In this document: in pieces, positions 9,805-13,904 of the stretch
How the letters are laid out: each line of letters starts with the position of its first letter
How positions within the stretch are numbered: position 1 is the first letter of the stretch
From: Geosiphon pyriformis uo1
Taxonomy: Eukaryota > Fungi > Glomeromycota
DNA length: 13,904 nucleotides
Reading direction: 5' to 3'
Assembly (NCBI GenBank): GCA_016748015.1
Contig: JAAOMT010000741.1
Coordinates: 707,758-721,661 of the forward strand
Made by a program: the position numbers and the translations under genes
The notes under the pieces: generated by a model
Databases searched by the model: none
The model's input: the letters and a program-made list of their open reading frames with translations, nothing else
Told to the model about the DNA's origin: nothing

Positions 9805-9870
9805 TACCATAGTAACTGCTATCTATACCATAGTAACCGCTCATAGTAACTGTTATTAACTGCTGTAACT
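9805..9870. repeat. Degenerate minisatellite with core CATAGTAAC(T/C)G(C/T)T
   Basis: taccatagtaactgct (9805-9820), taccatagtaaccgct (9826-9841), catagtaactgtt (9842-9854), then the fragments taactgct and gtaact. Confidence 0.75.
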
Positions 9871-10376
9871 ACTAAAGACATATTTTGAAATAAACTTTAA
9901 GAAATTATTTAGCTAATATTTTTTCAAAGAATTGTTGATACTCTTTAATTTAAATTGAATCAATAAAAATTTTAATTTCAACGTGAACTTTTTGATAAGA
10001 TAAATGTAAAACAATATTTTCTTCAAAAAAAAAAAATCTTAATAGATGAATAATAATATAAACATGTAGATATCAAAGATTTGAAATTTTTTTTGTTTAT
10101 CACTTAAAAGTATGAGAATATAGGATGATAAAAAATTTAACTATTATTAACCTTTTTATTCCATACGTACCATATGAGATCTTAATAATAATTTACTAAC
10201 TTTTTTTGTATTTCCCGAGGTGCATTCGGGAAGATTAATTATTCTCTTGGCTCTTTGCTATTGATTTATTTATCTGTTATTGAGTATTTTTTTCAATTGA
10301 TTTTATTTATCACAAACTTGGTTTAGGGTCTCAAGAAAAATTAATGGTTCTGGTATCATTTCGATATCCAATTTTA

Positions 10377-10392
10377 AATAATAATAATAATA

Positions 10393-10428
<36 letters not shown>

Positions 10429-10500
10429 TAATAAATAATAATAAATAATAATAATAAATAATAAATAATAATAAATAATAAATAATAATAATAATAATAA
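10377..10500. repeat. (AAT)n/(AAAT) interrupted repeat
   Basis: Seen directly; source of the spurious ORF 10331..10615. Confidence 0.95.
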
Positions 10501-10779
10501 AATCTGAAAAATAATTGACTTTTTGATATATTATATTGGTAAAAAAATAGGTTTTAGAAATTCTTTTTATCATACAGATCTTTCTATATAGCTTTATGAT
10601 TGATTGTTGACTCAAGTATCCTTTTTTTCTTGAATAAAAAGTGGTAGTGATTTAGATTTTAAAATAAAGAAGTTTTTAAACTCAAGCATGATTAACAAAG
10701 TGTCGCATAGATAATACTTGATTTTTTTGTTTAAAGTTTTTCTATTAACATTTTGCCATTGTATTTCAAAATATTTTGA

Positions 10780-10840
10780 CATATTATTATTATTATTATT
10801 ATTAAATATTTTTAAAAAAATTACATATATAAAAAAAATT

Positions 10841-10876
<36 letters not shown>

Positions 10877-11100
10877 AAAAACCATTTAAATTTAAATTTA
10901 AATTTTATTTTTAAATAATAATTTATTCTATATAAAAACAAAAATAATAATCAATCTCTAATTTTTTTTATAATTTTATTATTAATTTTATATATATATT
11001 TAATATTTAAAAAATATTATTTGTTTATTATGAAAAAAAAATTTTTTTTTTCTTGATAATTTATGTTATATATATATATACTATATATATTAATAATATT
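10780..11100. repeat. Extremely AT-rich low-complexity region including (TAT)n and (TA)n
   Basis: Almost no G or C. (TAT)n at about 10783-10803 and (TA)n at about 10844-10872. Confidence 0.85.
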
Positions 11101-11284
11101 TTCTCACTAAATATAATTACTTTTGTTCAATTATAACTACATCAAATTGACAATATTATAAAGATGAAACATTTATTAATTAAGTATTGTAAGACAATTA
11201 TCAATTTATTAAAAAATAATCAAACGAGAAAATTAACAAATAAATTCGCTCAAGGGATTTTTTTTATTTATATACATATATATT

Positions 11285-12216
11285 AAACCTGGAAGAGAGT
11301 CCTCAGAAATGAATTAGCAATCTTTCTGTCATAAAAAAGAATTATTATAACCCGTATTTATATAGAAAAATGCGTAAAAATTATATACCCCTTCTTAAAG
11401 AAGAAAGATATTTCGTGTTGAAACAATCAACAGTAAATTTTGGTGGCGGTTTTACAATGCACGGTGTTGAAAAATCTTTGTCATATTGAAAGAAAATTTT
11501 TGAATGGTGAAGAGTATAGGAGGATACCCTGTAAAATGATTTTATTAGAACCTTTAAACCGATTTGATTTGGACACACAAGACATCATTTTCTAATGGCA
11601 AAACTTTTACCAATGAAGTGATTTGAGGACAATGATATTGAAGTTCTTGATTGGCCCCCACAAATCTCCAGATTTAAATCCAATTAAACACTTGTGGGAT
11701 GAGATTGATGGACGTCTTCATCATCTACCTGAGCAAATTCATAGCAAAGAAAGACTTTTGGGAAAAAAATCAGAATAATATTGAAATCGAAGTTTGTACG
11801 AAACTTATTGAATCCATCCCCACACTAAGATAAAATAGCAGATATTATAAAGGCTAGAGGTGGGTACACAAAGTGATAACGTTTATCGTAAACATATCTG
11901 CACGAATATTCGTGAATAAGTAGGATAAAATGACCTATTTGTTACTTTGTAAATGATTTAACGATTCTAACCATTACAAAAAATTAAAATAAATCAGATA
12001 CCTGAAAGCCTGGTTTATATTAATTAAATATATGTACAAAAATAGGTATTGACAAAAGATTTATTTTATTTTATTATATTTTTTTATTTTTTATTTTTTA
12101 TTATTTCCCTAATCACCAACGTAATAATAATAAATTTTCTCAAAAGTTACTTTTATATCTAAATTTTTTAATAATAATAAAAATGCTTTTAAGCGAGATA
12201 TTTTGGCGACAGACTG
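11285..12216 (+). mobile_element. Decayed Tc1-family (IS630-Tc1-mariner) DNA transposon with a disrupted transposase
   Basis: + strand fragments: QSTVNFGGG/FTMHGVE (like PTVKFGGG...), DIIF*, K*FEDNDIEVLDWPPQ-(+1 frameshift)-SPDLNPIKHLWDEIDGRL (11652-11718), and IIKARGGYTK* ending at 11876. Candidate right end gcgagatattttggcgacagactg followed by TA at 12217-18; Tc1 ends are CAGT...ACTG flanked by TA. The left boundary is approximate and no left TIR was found. Confidence 0.85.
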
Positions 12217-12677
12217 TATACATTAAGTAATCCTTTGTAAAAACATGTCTTATTAAATTTTTAAATTTCTTTTGTTTGTTATGATTACCTTATCTTCAAA
12301 AAAGCTTTGCTTAAATTTAACAAGCTTTCATTAAGTTATAATATATTTTTAACTTTTTTATATTTAAAATATTACATATTTATTTTGCCATTACAACACT
12401 CAACGTCACCTAAAAGTCTAATGTATACCTTAAATAACTCTAATATAAAGTTTAAATTATTTTATGTTTCCGTATCGATATTTTGCTTTATGATGGAGTT
12501 CAATAAAAATTTTCATATTTTCGACACCTGGTTGTTTTAGATGAAGATTCTTAATAAATTTAGGCATATGTTTTTTTTTCGCAACATATAAACTTAGAAG
12601 CTTAATTTGTTTTGATGTTGAAAAATTTATATTTTCAATTTTAATTAGGAAAGATAGGAAGATATTGTAGTTTTTTC

Positions 12678-13523
12678 CTAATAATTTTGGAACCAAGTAT
12701 GAGGGTAGAAATATGGGTCTCCAAGAGTAAAAATTTCCCAATTAAAATTTTCCTCAAATTCATCAATTTCTGGTTGGCAAAGGTTCGCCTCCTCGCTGCT
12801 GGATCTGCAGAGGGAAATGGGAAGGTTATTCTCGATTTGTAAAATTTCCCCAAGTTCAGGCTCATTGTACTGCGTCTGATCCCCCGACAAATCCATCGGC
12901 TGAGAAAGTTGAGTAGGAATGTTGTCTTCTAAAATTGGGAATTCTTTTTGTGAAGGGATCACAAGAGCTTCCTCTAGTTTTTTCCAAGGCAACACTTGAT
13001 CCTCTAAACAAGGGTTCTCAAACTTAGAATGAATGCTGAAGGTAGTCAACATGCCGCCCGGTAATGAGGTTGTTTTGGTTTTTAAAGACCGGGCCGGTTT
13101 GTATTTATAGTGAGGATATGCCTCCAAATGTAATTTCAGAGCTTCATGTGAAAGCTTTGCGTAAAATTGCTTAGCTTCTTTTGGAGCATCTCGCCACACT
13201 ATTTGAGATATTCTACAGGCGGTTGGCATTGTACACCTGTATCCGTTGTCCCTTAATACCTTTAACAAGACTTTTTTAAAGAGAAAAAACTGATTCATTG
13301 GACGAGGCGGATTTTTATCAGGAGAATGAGGACTGATGGAAACAACCGTTCTTAAGTCGAAACAAGGGTTGTAAACCTCTTTAAGAGGGAAATCCTTTGG
13401 TATTTCTTGAATAATTTGGTATTTGAATGCGCGTTTTGAAATCTTGGTTTTCTGGGACAGATTTGATTTCTTCTTGGAATTTTTGAATTTCAACGTCATG
13501 ATTCCCTTTGTTTCTTTTGCCAT
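12678..13523 (-). CDS. MATA_HMG-box (SOX/MATA/TCF class) transcription factor, 281 aa, intronless
   Basis: HMG box at 13310-13089: PPRPMNQFFLFKK...ACRISQIVWRDAPKEAKQFYAKLS...HLEAYPHYKYKP. Lys-rich N-terminus (NLS-like) and acidic/aromatic C-terminus (activation-domain-like). Confidence 0.92.
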   Translation of the reverse strand: MAKETKGIMTLKFKNSKKKSNLSQKTKISKRAFKYQIIQEIPKDFPLKEVYNPCFDLRTVVSISPHSPDKNPPRPMNQFFLFKKVLLKVLRDNGYRCTMPTACRISQIVWRDAPKEAKQFYAKLSHEALKLHLEAYPHYKYKPARSLKTKTTSLPGGMLTTFSIHSKFENPCLEDQVLPWKKLEEALVIPSQKEFPILEDNIPTQLSQPMDLSGDQTQYNEPELGEILQIENNLPISLCRSSSEEANLCQPEIDEFEENFNWEIFTLGDPYFYPHTWFQNY

Positions 13524-13873
13524 TGAAAAATGTGTTGTTAGTCGATGGTTTGGTGAAATTTATGAAATAGGTTGTTTATGATTAATGGTAAGAGTTATAA
13601 AGAAAGTATCTTTCGACTAACGGCTGAGAGAGTCAAGGGCAGCATTTCATTTTATTTAAAAATAAAGTGAGACAAGTACACCCAAAAAAATTTTTCATTT
13701 AAACAGTTTTAATTTAAAAATTCAAAAAATTGATTACCGCGGAATTGCCTCATGAATAATGGCAACAGATCTTAATATTCGTGCATATTTCCAAAAATGT
13801 AAAATCTCAATATATATATAAAAATTGGTATTTACTATTAGTCTAAATCGGTCGATAATTGAAAGTAATGTAT

Positions 13874-13874
<1 letters not shown>

Positions 13875-13904
<30 letters not shown>
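13875..13904. repeat. Poly-C run of at least 30 nt at the window end
   Basis: Seen directly. Confidence 0.95.

Noticed and set aside
10698-10720. tgtcgc as a possible left TIR matching the 12193-12216 end
   Set aside because: Only about 6 bp match and there is no TA-CAGT start.
10331-10941. ORFs 10331..10615, 10612..10941 and 10718..10918
   Set aside because: Low-complexity AT-rich translations with no protein-like features.
11381-12865. Short ORFs 11381..11578, 12307..12540, 12457..12741 and 12641..12865
   Set aside because: Antisense to the transposase relic, AT-rich chance ORFs, or alternative frames of the HMG gene.
12678-13523. HMG gene as a Mucorales-type sex locus (sexM/sexP)
   Set aside because: No triose-phosphate transporter or RNA helicase neighbour is visible, and MATA_HMG paralogues are numerous in these fungi. 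The upstream flank is not available.
13774-13785. 12-bp inverted match (aatattcgtgca) to 11899-11910
   Set aside because: Short, with no extended similarity; compatible with chance.

Overview
Very AT-rich, microsatellite-dense eukaryotic DNA with short GT-AG introns. The gene types (Kelch-propeller/TM protein, intronless MATA-type HMG-box gene) fit an early-diverging fungus, most likely Glomeromycota; this is inference, not shown. Splicing by hand gives four genes: (1) a 3'-truncated SET-domain protein on the minus strand whose SET N-terminus resembles compact bacterial/chlamydial-type SETs; (2) a 6-exon, 495-aa Kelch-repeat single-pass membrane protein with a polyQ tail; (3) a 3-exon, 282-aa glycerophosphodiester phosphodiesterase (Pgc1-like) with an N-terminal signal peptide; (4) an intronless 281-aa MATA_HMG-box transcription factor. 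A decayed Tc1-family transposon lies just 3' of the HMG gene. About 5.7 kb (5455-11150) is gene-poor, with many simple repeats and two weak candidate gene relics. The window ends in a C30 run. I cannot demonstrate a new multi-gene system. The best leads are the possibly secreted bacterial-like SET protein and the signal-peptide-bearing GDPD.
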